Source: a virus
Lineage: Duplodnaviria; Heunggongvirae; Uroviricota; Caudoviricetes
Strand: one strand, 5' to 3'
Length of the DNA: 64,000 nt
Virus record (IMG/VR): IMGVR_UViG_3300011187_000002
The position numbers and the translations under genes are program-made. Positions 16,900-25,973 of the stretch are shown here, one piece after another. The notes beneath the pieces are model-generated. The model ran no database searches and was not told the origin of the DNA. It was given only the letters and a program-made list of their open reading frames with translations. Numbering within the stretch: the stretch's first letter is position 1; the number at the start of each line of letters is the position of its first letter.

Positions 16900-17441
16900 G
16901 TATACGACGTGAATTCCTGTGGGCTTTCTAACCGAACCTTCAAAACGATACGGCGGGGATACCCCTGCCCGTTCAAAGATTCAGTAGCGATCAACCCTTT
17001 GTGGGTGAGGCGGGTCAAGCAAGCTGAGGCCGCGCCCCTCGTCACCGGGTCAAAGTTCGTGCTGGCAGCCCGCATCAACTCCTTGGTTGATACTACTACG
17101 GACCACCGGCCCTGTTCATCACGCTTAGACATAACCTGCAAGGTCGCTAGGATATGCCGCTCACGTTCCGGTAATTCTGAGGCCGCTAGGAACGTGTCTC
17201 CGTCCACCGCATAGGTTTCGGGGGTGCTATACCGTGCGTGATTGTCCGTCGCCTCTAAGTCGCTTCTGAGGGCTTCTAGCTCTTGCTGGAAATCTTCGAC
17301 AAGAACTTCACGCTCAAGGAGTTCGGCTTCCCGACGTTCAAGGTCGGATGCGCATGTCTCAAGGGCTTCGAACATCTCGTCCACTACGGACGCCAGTTGA
17401 GCCTTGAATTTACGCTTCAGGTCTTGAACGTCGGAAGCCAT
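16890..17441 (-). CDS. coiled-coil plus C-terminal winged-helix-like protein (paralog A)
   Basis: 183 aa; C-terminal ...LTRLTHKGLIATESLNGQGYPRRIVLKVRLESPQEF alignable with downstream paralog; last 10 nt overlap tRNA-Thr(CGU). Confidence 0.5.
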   Translation of the reverse strand: MASDVQDLKRKFKAQLASVVDEMFEALETCASDLERREAELLEREVLVEDFQQELEALRSDLEATDNHARYSTPETYAVDGDTFLAASELPERERHILATLQVMSKRDEQGRWSVVVSTKELMRAASTNFDPVTRGAASACLTRLTHKGLIATESLNGQGYPRRIVLKVRLESPQEFTSYTPG

Positions 17442-17453
17442 GCGGTCCTCGAT

Positions 17454-18192
17454 TCAGGCGGAATTGCGGGCGCTTTCGATGAACTGTTCCGGGTTGCGAA
17501 GCCGGTAATTCAACACGACCTCACGACGCCTTTTGCCGTCAATGACGACCTTGTTGCTCGCAAGCACACCCTCTTTGTTGAGGGTACAGATGACGCTGGT
17601 GATGGTCCCTTCGGGGATCGTATAGTCCATCATCCGGTGCAACTCACGGTTGGTCAGGTCGCAGACCCCGTGGGTCTTGTTCTCATCGCAATAGTTCTGG
17701 ATGAAAGCGTAGACCTGACGCTCACGAGGACAGAGATCGTCGCCTTCGATGAACTTGGCCTTGCTTTCTTTCGAAAACAATTGACCCGAACGGGCGTCGT
17801 CGAGGACCACGACACGTGAACCTTCGGCATCTTCGGGCGCAACCAGACCGCGCACCTGTTCGTCGAAGTCCCGGAATGACGACCGGAAATCGCTGTACGT
17901 GGCTTGAAAGTCACGCACGTTGGACTCGTGCTGGTCGAGCTTCTTTTCGAGCTGCCCAGCCATGCGCTGAAGAGCATCTTCGCGTGCCACAAGGCTCTTT
18001 TCCCGACGATCGAGATTGCTTTCCTTTTGGGACAATTCGTTTGCACGCTTGTCCAAATGGCCCTTGCGACGGTCGAGGCTCCGCTCACGTTCCTCCAACG
18101 GGGCGAACACGTCGTCGGCACCGTCGTTGAGGAACTCCATGAACCGCTGCTGAATGTTCGTGAACATCGACTCTTGTTTCTGTGACGACATC
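17454..18192 (-). CDS. coiled-coil plus C-terminal winged-helix-like protein (paralog B)
   Basis: start chosen at ATG (MSSQKQES...) with AAGAGAGG Shine-Dalgarno; C-terminal ...TSVICTLNKEGVLASNKVVIDGKRRREVVLNYRLRNPEQF matches paralog A; ORF-track N-extension would overlap tRNA-Arg. Confidence 0.5.
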
Positions 18193-18255
18193 TGTACCTC
18201 TCTTGTAGTCATAAGTATCGTAAGGGTTCGTCGTCTCACCGCTAGATAGCGGTAG

Positions 18256-18330
18256 CACGCCCGGCAGGATTCGAACCTGCGACCCGGAGGGTAGAAACCT
18301 CCTGCTCTGTCCTGACTGAGCCACGGGCGC
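18256..18330 (-). tRNA. tRNA-Arg(UCU)
   Basis: 75 nt; GCGCCCG acceptor, D-arm GCUCAGUCAGGACAGAGC, anticodon loop UUUCUAC, T-loop UUCGAAU. Confidence 0.8.
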
Positions 18331-18374
18331 TCAATGAATACCACAATGAATCTAGTACGTTAACATACGTATCA

Positions 18375-18674
18375 CTATTTTACTTCCATAAAATCTGGAT
18401 GAGGCCGCCAACCGGTGCCTCGACATGCTCGGCATTGGGGGTGGTATTCGTTGATACCGGCCCCTTCGCACATCGGGCAAAGCAGGTTGTAGAGCTTGCC
18501 TTCACCAAAACAGGCGGGGCACCCCTCACCTTCGCAAGTAGGGCATAGGACCTCTTCCAACTCACCTAAACCGTCGCATTCGGAACATTCTTCCGATTCC
18601 AACTCGGCGTAATCCACTTTCTCGCCCATGCAAGACGGGCATAGAACCATCATTTCCGGGGGCATTTCGGCCAT
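18375..18674 (-). CDS. DnaJ-type CxxCxGxG zinc-finger protein
   Basis: 99 aa with five repeats: CSECDGLG, CPTCEGEG, CPACFGEG, CPMCEGAG, CRACRGTG. Confidence 0.6.
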   Translation of the reverse strand: MAEMPPEMMVLCPSCMGEKVDYAELESEECSECDGLGELEEVLCPTCEGEGCPACFGEGKLYNLLCPMCEGAGINEYHPQCRACRGTGWRPHPDFMEVK

Positions 18675-18742
18675 AAATCGTACCTACACAAACGCCCCTG
18701 TACCATAAAGTATCAGGGGCGTCAAAGAATGAAAAGGGCCGA

Positions 18743-21100
18743 TTACTCAGCGGCAGGTGCAGCCTTCACCGCTTCAACCGGGTCTTTTTCGAAAACCAGC
18801 GGCAAAAGCTCGGCGACGTCATCCACAAAGTGGAATTCCAAATCACCCTTCACGTGCTCGTCCACATCCACAAGGTCTTTCTTGCAAATAGCGGGCATGA
18901 CGATCGTCTTGATTCCCGCACGGTGCGCCGCGATAATCTTCTCCTTGATACCGCCCACGGGAAGCACATTACCCGACAGGGTGATTTCACCCGTCATAGC
19001 AACGTCTTTGCGCACTTTGACGTTCGTGAGGCGGCTCAGAAGGGCCGTGAACATCGTGATACCGGCGCTAGGACCATCCTTGGGGATAGCCCCCGCTGGG
19101 ACGTGGATATGGACGTCGGACTTCTTCTCGTTGAAATTAGCGTCCACACCGAACTTCTCGGAATTGGCTCGGATGTAGGAAAGGGCAGCGTGAACCGACT
19201 CTTTCATCACATCGCCAAGTTGGCCGGTGAGTTTCAGGTCGCCTTTACCGGGCATTTCTTGCGCTTCGATGAACAGGATATCGCCACCGCTTTGCGTCCA
19301 TGCCAGTCCCGTCGCCACACCCACTCGGTTAACCCGTTGGGCCACTTCGGAAAGGTAACGCTCCGGTCCAAGGGCCTCTTGGACAAAATCGTTATCCACT
19401 TCGATATGAATGGCAGCCCTATCATCGGGATCGGATTTAGCAACCTCGACCGCTACGCTACGGCAAAGATCCGCGAACCGACGCTCAAGGTTACGCACAC
19501 CGGCTTCGCGGGTGTACTTGTCGACCACGTATCGAACCGTGTCCTCGGGGAATTCGATATTGTCTTCGCTGATGCCGTGCGCTTCGATTTGCTTCGGGAT
19601 AAGGAACCGCTGGGCAATCTGCTGCTTTTCGTACAACGTGTAAGAAGGCACGTCGATGATTTCCATCCGGTCGCGAAGCGGCGGGGAAATCGTGTCCAGA
19701 CCGTTGGCCGTAGCGATAAACAGCACTTGGGAAAGGTCGAGATCTACTTCCAGATAGTGGTCGCTGAATGCGTGGTTTTGCTCAGGATCCAACACCTCCA
19801 AGAGGGCCGCACTCGGGTCGCCCCGGAAATCACGCCCCACCTTGTCGATTTCGTCAAGCAAAATCACGGGGTTCGTCGTGCCTGCTTTCGTGACCGCTTG
19901 GACAATACGTCCCGGAAGCGCTCCGACATAGGTACGACGGTGGCCGCGAATCTCGGACTCGTCGTGAACACCACCAAGGCTGATACGCTGGAACTTCCGG
20001 CCCAAGGTACGGGCGATCGACCGACCTAGCGAAGTTTTACCAACGCCGGGGGGTCCGTGGAGGCACAGGATAGGCCCTTTCATATCGGCCTTGAGGCCGC
20101 GAACAGCGAGGTACTCAATGATGCGGTCCTTGACCTTTTCCAAACCGTAATGGTCGTCGTCGAGGACTGCCTGTGCCCGCGTCAGATTGAGGCTATCTTC
20201 GCTCTTGCGATCCCACGGGACTTCAATGAGCGTTTCGATATAGTTCAGGGTGACGCTGTACTCCGACGACGATTGTTGCATCCCCGAAAGCCGGTTGAAC
20301 TGCTTCATCGCAGCCTCGTAGGCTTCTTCGGGCATACCCGCCTCTTCAATGCGGGTTTCCAATTCGTCGGTCTCGTCGTTGAAAGTCCCAAGCTGTTCTT
20401 GGATCGCTTTCAACTGTTGACGGAGGTAATATTCTCGCTGCTGGCTGTCCGATTGCTCACGAATCCGTTCCCGGATTTTTTCGGACACCTTCGAGATTTC
20501 GATTTGCTCCGTCATGATGCGGATGCACCCTTCCAGCCGCGTGTTGATGTCGAACTCGCTCAAAAATTCTTGCTTCTCAGCGACGTCCAAGCTGGCATGG
20601 GTGGTGATGAAATCCGCCAAGCGTGACGGATCCTCCATGTTTTGAATGAGTTGGATAGACTCGGAGGGGATGTCCGGGCTATTTTCGATAACCTCGGTCG
20701 CCGTATCCTTGAGCGACTTGACCAAAGCCCCTTCCGCATCGTCAAAGGTGCGGCGCTCTTCTACCTCTTCGAACTGTCCGAAAAAATAACCCTTGTCCGG
20801 GTCGTCTTCCAAATCAGTCAAGCGGATGCGTCGCTCGCCCTGTACGATGGCCGTGTACGTCCCATCCTGTGAAATAACTTTCAAGACCGAACAGACGGTA
20901 CCAATCTCGTAAAGATCGTCTTGCGTCGGCTCGTCAACGTCTTCGTCACGTTGCGAAAGCAAGACCATCTGTTTGTCCCCACCCATAACTTCTTCGAGTA
21001 GGGCCACGCTTTTGGGGCGTCCGACTCCAATCGGAACAACCGCGTGGGGGAAAAGAACCGTGTTTCGGAGCGGTAAGACTGAGTACTGATTGGTTGCCAT
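18743..21100 (-). CDS. lon: ATP-dependent Lon protease
   Basis: 785 aa; Lon N-domain (LPLRNTVLFPHAVVPIGVGR), Walker A GPPGVGKTS, Walker B LLDEIDK, protease Ser motif PKDGPSAGITMFTAL. Confidence 0.9.
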   Translation of the reverse strand: MATNQYSVLPLRNTVLFPHAVVPIGVGRPKSVALLEEVMGGDKQMVLLSQRDEDVDEPTQDDLYEIGTVCSVLKVISQDGTYTAIVQGERRIRLTDLEDDPDKGYFFGQFEEVEERRTFDDAEGALVKSLKDTATEVIENSPDIPSESIQLIQNMEDPSRLADFITTHASLDVAEKQEFLSEFDINTRLEGCIRIMTEQIEISKVSEKIRERIREQSDSQQREYYLRQQLKAIQEQLGTFNDETDELETRIEEAGMPEEAYEAAMKQFNRLSGMQQSSSEYSVTLNYIETLIEVPWDRKSEDSLNLTRAQAVLDDDHYGLEKVKDRIIEYLAVRGLKADMKGPILCLHGPPGVGKTSLGRSIARTLGRKFQRISLGGVHDESEIRGHRRTYVGALPGRIVQAVTKAGTTNPVILLDEIDKVGRDFRGDPSAALLEVLDPEQNHAFSDHYLEVDLDLSQVLFIATANGLDTISPPLRDRMEIIDVPSYTLYEKQQIAQRFLIPKQIEAHGISEDNIEFPEDTVRYVVDKYTREAGVRNLERRFADLCRSVAVEVAKSDPDDRAAIHIEVDNDFVQEALGPERYLSEVAQRVNRVGVATGLAWTQSGGDILFIEAQEMPGKGDLKLTGQLGDVMKESVHAALSYIRANSEKFGVDANFNEKKSDVHIHVPAGAIPKDGPSAGITMFTALLSRLTNVKVRKDVAMTGEITLSGNVLPVGGIKEKIIAAHRAGIKTIVMPAICKKDLVDVDEHVKGDLEFHFVDDVAELLPLVFEKDPVEAVKAAPAAE

Positions 21101-21194
21101 AAAACGTATCCCTGATGATGCCTTTGTAAGCCAGTATATTTGCTACGTAGAGAATACACCCGCTATCGTGATAAATCAAGCCCGATTGGAACGT

Positions 21195-21734
21195 ATGAAA
21201 CTTATAGTCCTCGACCTTGAAATGAATCAGCCCAGCCGAAAAATTATTCAGGTGGGTGCGGTAAGTGTCGACATTCACAAGCTCGATATTATACCCTTCT
21301 TTTCCGAGACCGTCAACCCCGGTGAGCTACCAAATAGCTACATTTCCAAGCTCACAGGGATAACGCCAGAAGACGTTAAAGCCGGGAAACCGCTTGAAAA
21401 AGCGTTATCCGACTTCTGGTCTAAGCTCGACCTGCTTGACGCTCCCATACGTATTGCGGCATGGGGTGACGATTGTCAAAAGCTCTACAAAGATTCGGTC
21501 AAGCTAGGGGTCGATGTCCCTACAGTCCAGATGTTTGATCTTCGGAAACTTTGCGACTTCCACCGTATCGCCGAGGCGGGGGACATTCGAAAGGGGAACG
21601 GTCTAATGAAAATGCTCAAAAACTACGACCTCCCCTTCGAAGGCCACCACCACAACGCCTATGACGACGCCTACATGACCGGGAAACTGTTCCTAGCCAT
21701 GCTGGACCAACTGCGCCCTATGCTCGTAGGCTAA
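21195..21734 (+). CDS. DEDDh 3'-5' exonuclease (DnaQ/RNase T-like)
   Basis: Exo I LIVLDLEMN, Exo III HNAYDDAYMTGKLF; start at ATG (MKLIVLDLEM); only plus-strand gene here, embedded between minus-strand lon and topoisomerase. Confidence 0.7.
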   Translation: MKLIVLDLEMNQPSRKIIQVGAVSVDIHKLDIIPFFSETVNPGELPNSYISKLTGITPEDVKAGKPLEKALSDFWSKLDLLDAPIRIAAWGDDCQKLYKDSVKLGVDVPTVQMFDLRKLCDFHRIAEAGDIRKGNGLMKMLKNYDLPFEGHHHNAYDDAYMTGKLFLAMLDQLRPMLVG

Positions 21735-21737
21735 CCG

Positions 21738-23666
21738 CTAGATATCTAGCTCGTCAACCGAAGACAGGTTATCGACGATGAAATCGTACCGGGCCTGACT
21801 GCTACGACCTAGAAGCGCCTTGATCGTGTCGTCGGTCACTTCTTCCAATTCGGTAGGCACTTCCACCGGAAGCAGGCTACGGGTATTTGGATCCAACGTC
21901 GTTTCACGCAAGGTATCCTTCATCATCTCGCCCAGCCCCTTGAAACGCGAAATTTCAGCGTTCTTGGCCCGACGCTTGCCCAATTTCTTTAGCACCTCAT
22001 CCCTTTCATCGTCGTCACCGGCCCAATGCACATCGGACCCGGACAAAATACGGTAAAGAGGCGGTTGGGCGATGTACAGGTGGCCAGCCGTAATTAGCTC
22101 GGTCATGTAACGATAAAAGAACGTCAACATCAACGTCGTGATATGGTGGCCGTCGCTATCCGCGTCCATCAACAGGATGATCTTGTGGTAGCGCAGCTTG
22201 GACATATCAACCTTATCGTCCATCCCACAGCCAAGCGCCTCCACGATGTCCCCAATCTCCTTGTTTCGGAGGATGGACTTCATCGTCGCCGACTCGGTGT
22301 TCAGAATCTTACCCCGCAAAGGTAAGACCGCCTGTGTGTGTCGATCACGGGCCTGCTTGGCGTTACCCCCAGCGGAATCGCCCTCTACAATGAAAAGTTC
22401 GCATTCAGCGGCGTCCGTAGAGGTGCAATCTGCCAGCTTGCCGGGCAATGTCAACTTCTTACTGATAGGCTTTTTACGGCGGACATGTTTCGATGCAGAG
22501 CGACTGGCCGCACGGGCCTTGGCTGCCTGTATGATGCGCTGGGTGATAGCGTCGGCAACCGAACTGTTGTTCAGGAGGTATTGCTCTAGGAAATTGCGCA
22601 CGACGCTGGTTACAAGCGGCTGGACCTCGGTGTTGTTGAGTCGCTCTTTGGTCTGGCCTTCGATTTCCATGTCCCCGTCGAGGAAAATCGACACAACCGC
22701 TTTCAAGCCCTCGCGGATATCTTCGGCGGCCACATCAAGACTCTTGGGCACCGAACTGTTGACCTCGAAATAGGTCCGTACAGCTTTCATCAACCCGGCC
22801 CTGAATCCGTTTTCGTGGGTACCGCCGCTTTTCGTGGGAATCGTGTTGACGAACGACCGTGTATCCTCGTTCGTGTCTTCGGTCCACTGCAGGGCAATAT
22901 CTATTTTCAAGCCTTTGGCCACGTCTTCGATCACAATAGGCTTGAGGTGGATGGGCGGCACCTTCGCCTCCTTAACCACCACTTCGAGGTACTCCTCTAC
23001 ACCGCCGTCGTGCTGACACGTCTCTTCGGTGTTATCCACCTCGTTGCGGAAAACAATGCGCAACCCCTTGTTGAGGAACGTCTTGATTTCAAGGCGCTCC
23101 TTGATGATATCCGGGTCAAACGTCTGGTTGCCAAACACCTCTGGGTCGGGGACAAACGTCACCTGCGTCCCCGTGTTGTTTTTGCGGCACTTGTCGACCT
23201 TCTTGACTGGACCGTCCGGGGTCCCTTGGGTGAAAGTCTGCTCGTGGACTTCTCCGCCCCTCCAGACCTTTGTCTCTAGCCTAGCGCTCAGAAAGTTAAC
23301 GACGGACGCTCCGACGCCGTGAAGCCCTCCTGACGCCCCATACGAGCCGCCGCCGAACTTACCCCCGGCGTGTAGGACCGTAAACACGACCTCCAGCGTA
23401 CTGACGCCCTTATCGGGGTGCTTGGCAATAGGGATACCACGCCCGTCGTCTTTGACCGTGATCTTTTTGCCGTCCTCATGCAACGTCACTTCGATGCTCG
23501 ACGCATGACCGTTCATGGCTTCGTCGACGCTATTGTCTACGACCTCCCACACGAGGTGATGATATCCTGTTTTGCCGGTACCACCAATATACATACCGGG
23601 TCGTTGCCGTACCGCATCGCGGTTTTCAAGAACCCGAATTGCATTTTCATCATATTTTTTACTCAT
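21738..23666 (-). CDS. type IIA DNA topoisomerase subunit B (GyrB/ParE-like: GHKL ATPase plus TOPRIM)
   Basis: 642 aa; GHKL ATPase motifs EVVDNSVDEA...DDGRGIP, GLHGVGASVVN; TOPRIM ELFIVEGDSAGG and PLRGKILN. Confidence 0.85.
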   Translation of the reverse strand: MSKKYDENAIRVLENRDAVRQRPGMYIGGTGKTGYHHLVWEVVDNSVDEAMNGHASSIEVTLHEDGKKITVKDDGRGIPIAKHPDKGVSTLEVVFTVLHAGGKFGGGSYGASGGLHGVGASVVNFLSARLETKVWRGGEVHEQTFTQGTPDGPVKKVDKCRKNNTGTQVTFVPDPEVFGNQTFDPDIIKERLEIKTFLNKGLRIVFRNEVDNTEETCQHDGGVEEYLEVVVKEAKVPPIHLKPIVIEDVAKGLKIDIALQWTEDTNEDTRSFVNTIPTKSGGTHENGFRAGLMKAVRTYFEVNSSVPKSLDVAAEDIREGLKAVVSIFLDGDMEIEGQTKERLNNTEVQPLVTSVVRNFLEQYLLNNSSVADAITQRIIQAAKARAASRSASKHVRRKKPISKKLTLPGKLADCTSTDAAECELFIVEGDSAGGNAKQARDRHTQAVLPLRGKILNTESATMKSILRNKEIGDIVEALGCGMDDKVDMSKLRYHKIILLMDADSDGHHITTLMLTFFYRYMTELITAGHLYIAQPPLYRILSGSDVHWAGDDDERDEVLKKLGKRRAKNAEISRFKGLGEMMKDTLRETTLDPNTRSLLPVEVPTELEEVTDDTIKALLGRSSQARYDFIVDNLSSVDELDI

Positions 23667-24430
23667 GAATTTCCCGGTAAGTATGAATCTTCGCCCGGTA
23701 AGTCCCGCGCATCCAGATCCGCCACCAAATGTAGTGACACGTCTTCTAGGTCGTCGATATAAACCGACTCTTTCGATTGGATCAACTGAAGGAGGGTAAT
23801 TTCCCGTGCTTCAAAATCAACTATTTCTTGTGCCGTGACTTCAATGTACATGTAACGTTCATCGGGGAGCGCTGTCCCTATCATTCGGGAACCGGCTCCG
23901 TCAATGTAATGAACCAGTACAGGTCCATCATACCAGACGTAAGTGATATACGACTCGTCTTCGAACCGCCACCTGAAAAATGTACGATCACGGTTATCAA
24001 TCATGCTTCGGGTATCTTTGCTATACCGCTCTAGACAATAGTCACAGCGGTAAGAGCCTTCGTTGAAACCCTCTTCTTCCCGGACCTCATCTACCAACTG
24101 ATCAAACCACCAGCTTAGATTTTGCTCTGGCTGAATACCAGCACCACGCTCTTCCGTCCCACTGAAATTAGAAGGCCCGAAATACCCGTACCCCATAACA
24201 TGCATCGCCCTCATCAACCCAAAGGCTTCGCAATAGTAGGGCTCCGTGTGCCCAAGGCGCTCATTCCGGGTATCAACACCTCGGTTCCGCATCGCATCCC
24301 ACCCTGCATGTAAAAGCGCCTTGACCGTACCGGCGACCTGTTGAAGCAACCAGTCGGGCATTTTACGAAAGCGGGGCTTAGGGTATTTCTGGTAAGCAGG
24401 TTCGATTACAGTCGACATAAGATCGGTCAT
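23663..24430 (-). CDS. hypothetical protein
   Basis: 255-aa ORF preceded by consensus promoter. Confidence 0.5.
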   Translation of the reverse strand: MTDLMSTVIEPAYQKYPKPRFRKMPDWLLQQVAGTVKALLHAGWDAMRNRGVDTRNERLGHTEPYYCEAFGLMRAMHVMGYGYFGPSNFSGTEERGAGIQPEQNLSWWFDQLVDEVREEEGFNEGSYRCDYCLERYSKDTRSMIDNRDRTFFRWRFEDESYITYVWYDGPVLVHYIDGAGSRMIGTALPDERYMYIEVTAQEIVDFEAREITLLQLIQSKESVYIDDLEDVSLHLVADLDARDLPGEDSYLPGNS

Positions 24431-24452
24431 CCGTCTAGTGCTTCAAAGCCAT

Positions 24453-24481
24453 ACCATACCAAATGTTCACGGCTTTGTCAA
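24453..24481 (-). promoter_or_regulatory. sigma70-like promoter (TTGACA-17-TATGGT)
   Basis: minus strand TTGACAaagccgtgaacatttggTATGGT about 20 nt upstream of ORF start 24430. Confidence 0.5.
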
Positions 24482-24821
24482 AAATCTTTTAATACACGCG
24501 GAATAGTGAGTACGGGCTATACGCTCTATTACTCTAACAAACTAAACCAGCAAGCGAGTACATTCGTGTTTGGACACTTAATATCCCCAATCAGCCGGAA
24601 AAGAGGCCATGTCAGTCTCTTGGTGGATTGGTGTGTCCTCACAGGTACCGAAGCTGGAAGTTTTGGCGGCAAAATCGAAGGCCGCATTTACGGAACGGAT
24701 GCAACGGTACAGGCAAACGCCTCGCTACCCTGCTGAATCTTTCCCCCTAGCCTTCGGGCGAGTCTCCAGTGGGAAAGAGCCACCGGGGGCGAAAGCATCC
24801 GGCCAACTCAATCACATACAA

Positions 24822-25370
24822 TTAGTAAATAGCCTCGACGGTAAGCTCCGGGTCAACTTCTCGGCGTAGCATGGCTTCCACACCCTTTAGGGTCCCTGAC
24901 ATTGAAGCCGGGCAACCCGAACAAGCACCTTGGTATCGCACATAGAGGGTGTTGTCCTCCAGTGCGGCGAGTTCCAGCGAACCCCCGTGGCTATTGAGAT
25001 AGGGCATAACGTCCTGTTTGATCACGATACGAATCAAAGCTACCCTCGGGTCATCCTCGGGTAATTGAGATTTGGAATCATCTGTCGTAGCGTCCCCGCC
25101 AACTTCTGGCTGATATTGGCGGAGGACCCCAGCGATTTGCCGGGATAATACGTCCCAAGACGTATCTGGCGAGTGGGTTATGGTAACCCAATTCCCTTGC
25201 AGGAATACCTCGTCTACCCCGGCTAAGTCAAGCAGGGTAGTTGCCAAAGCATGGTCCGATATGGTATCTTGAGTTGCGTGGACACTACTGAATGCAGGAA
25301 CGACCACCGTATCTAATACGAACCTTTTCGCATTTGGATTCGGGGTGTCTGCCAAGTCTTGGATTTTCAT
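24822..25370 (-). CDS. Nfu/NifU-like Fe-S cluster scaffold domain protein
   Basis: 182 aa; C-terminal Nfu motif GACSGCPASMSGTLKGVEAML. Confidence 0.6.
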   Translation of the reverse strand: MKIQDLADTPNPNAKRFVLDTVVVPAFSSVHATQDTISDHALATTLLDLAGVDEVFLQGNWVTITHSPDTSWDVLSRQIAGVLRQYQPEVGGDATTDDSKSQLPEDDPRVALIRIVIKQDVMPYLNSHGGSLELAALEDNTLYVRYQGACSGCPASMSGTLKGVEAMLRREVDPELTVEAIY

Positions 25371-25392
25371 AACGCTAAAGAGGTGGTCGATA

Positions 25393-25958
25393 TGGAATTC
25401 GAAAAAGAAATGACGTCATACTCGAAAGAGTTGTTCGCCAACGCTTTGAAGTTTTGCAAAAACGAACAAGACGCTGCCGATCTCTTGCAAGACACGTATA
25501 TCAAAGCGTTGAAATACAAGCATAATTTCGAGCCGGGTACCAATATGCGTGCATGGCTATACACAATTATGCGTAACACCTTCATCAACGGGTACCGCCG
25601 TAAAAAGCGGTTCTATGAATTTCTTGAAGAGGAAAAGCAATTCCTCGAAGAGGAAAAAGAGGGTCTGGGCAACGTGTCTGACGACGTGCTTGGCCGCTGC
25701 GAATTTCAACGGCTGATTGACGACCTCGAAAGCTACTTGGAAGATTGCTTTTTCTCGGTGCTTGTTCTGGTCGATGTCAAAAATAAGAGCTATAAGGAAG
25801 CGGCGGCCCTTCTTGAAATCCCTATCGGGACCATCATGTCTCGGCTGTATCGGGCACGCAAGTACTCCCGCGAGTACTTGCTGGAAAACTACGACGTGGA
25901 TCTCATCAATGAGTTCGTGTCGAAAGAAACCATCGAAGAACGCACGGAAGCCGCATAA
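25393..25958 (+). CDS. ECF-type sigma-70 family RNA polymerase sigma factor
   Basis: region 2 (LLQDTYIKALKY...MRAWLYTIMRNTFINGYRR) and region 4 (SYKEAAALLEIPIGTIMSRLYRARK); ATG with AGAGGTGG Shine-Dalgarno; ORF-track TTG start at 25359 rejected. Confidence 0.8.
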
Positions 25959-25973
25959 CCTAAAGGTACCACC

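Noticed and set aside
18830-20029. 399-aa plus-strand ORF inside lon
   Set aside because: Antisense of a strongly conserved Lon coding region; spurious.
24431-24821. tmRNA or an rRNA fragment in the long intergenic gap
   Set aside because: No tRNA-like acceptor/T-arm (GGTTCGA…ACCA) and no tag-peptide frame; no rRNA-like conserved blocks.
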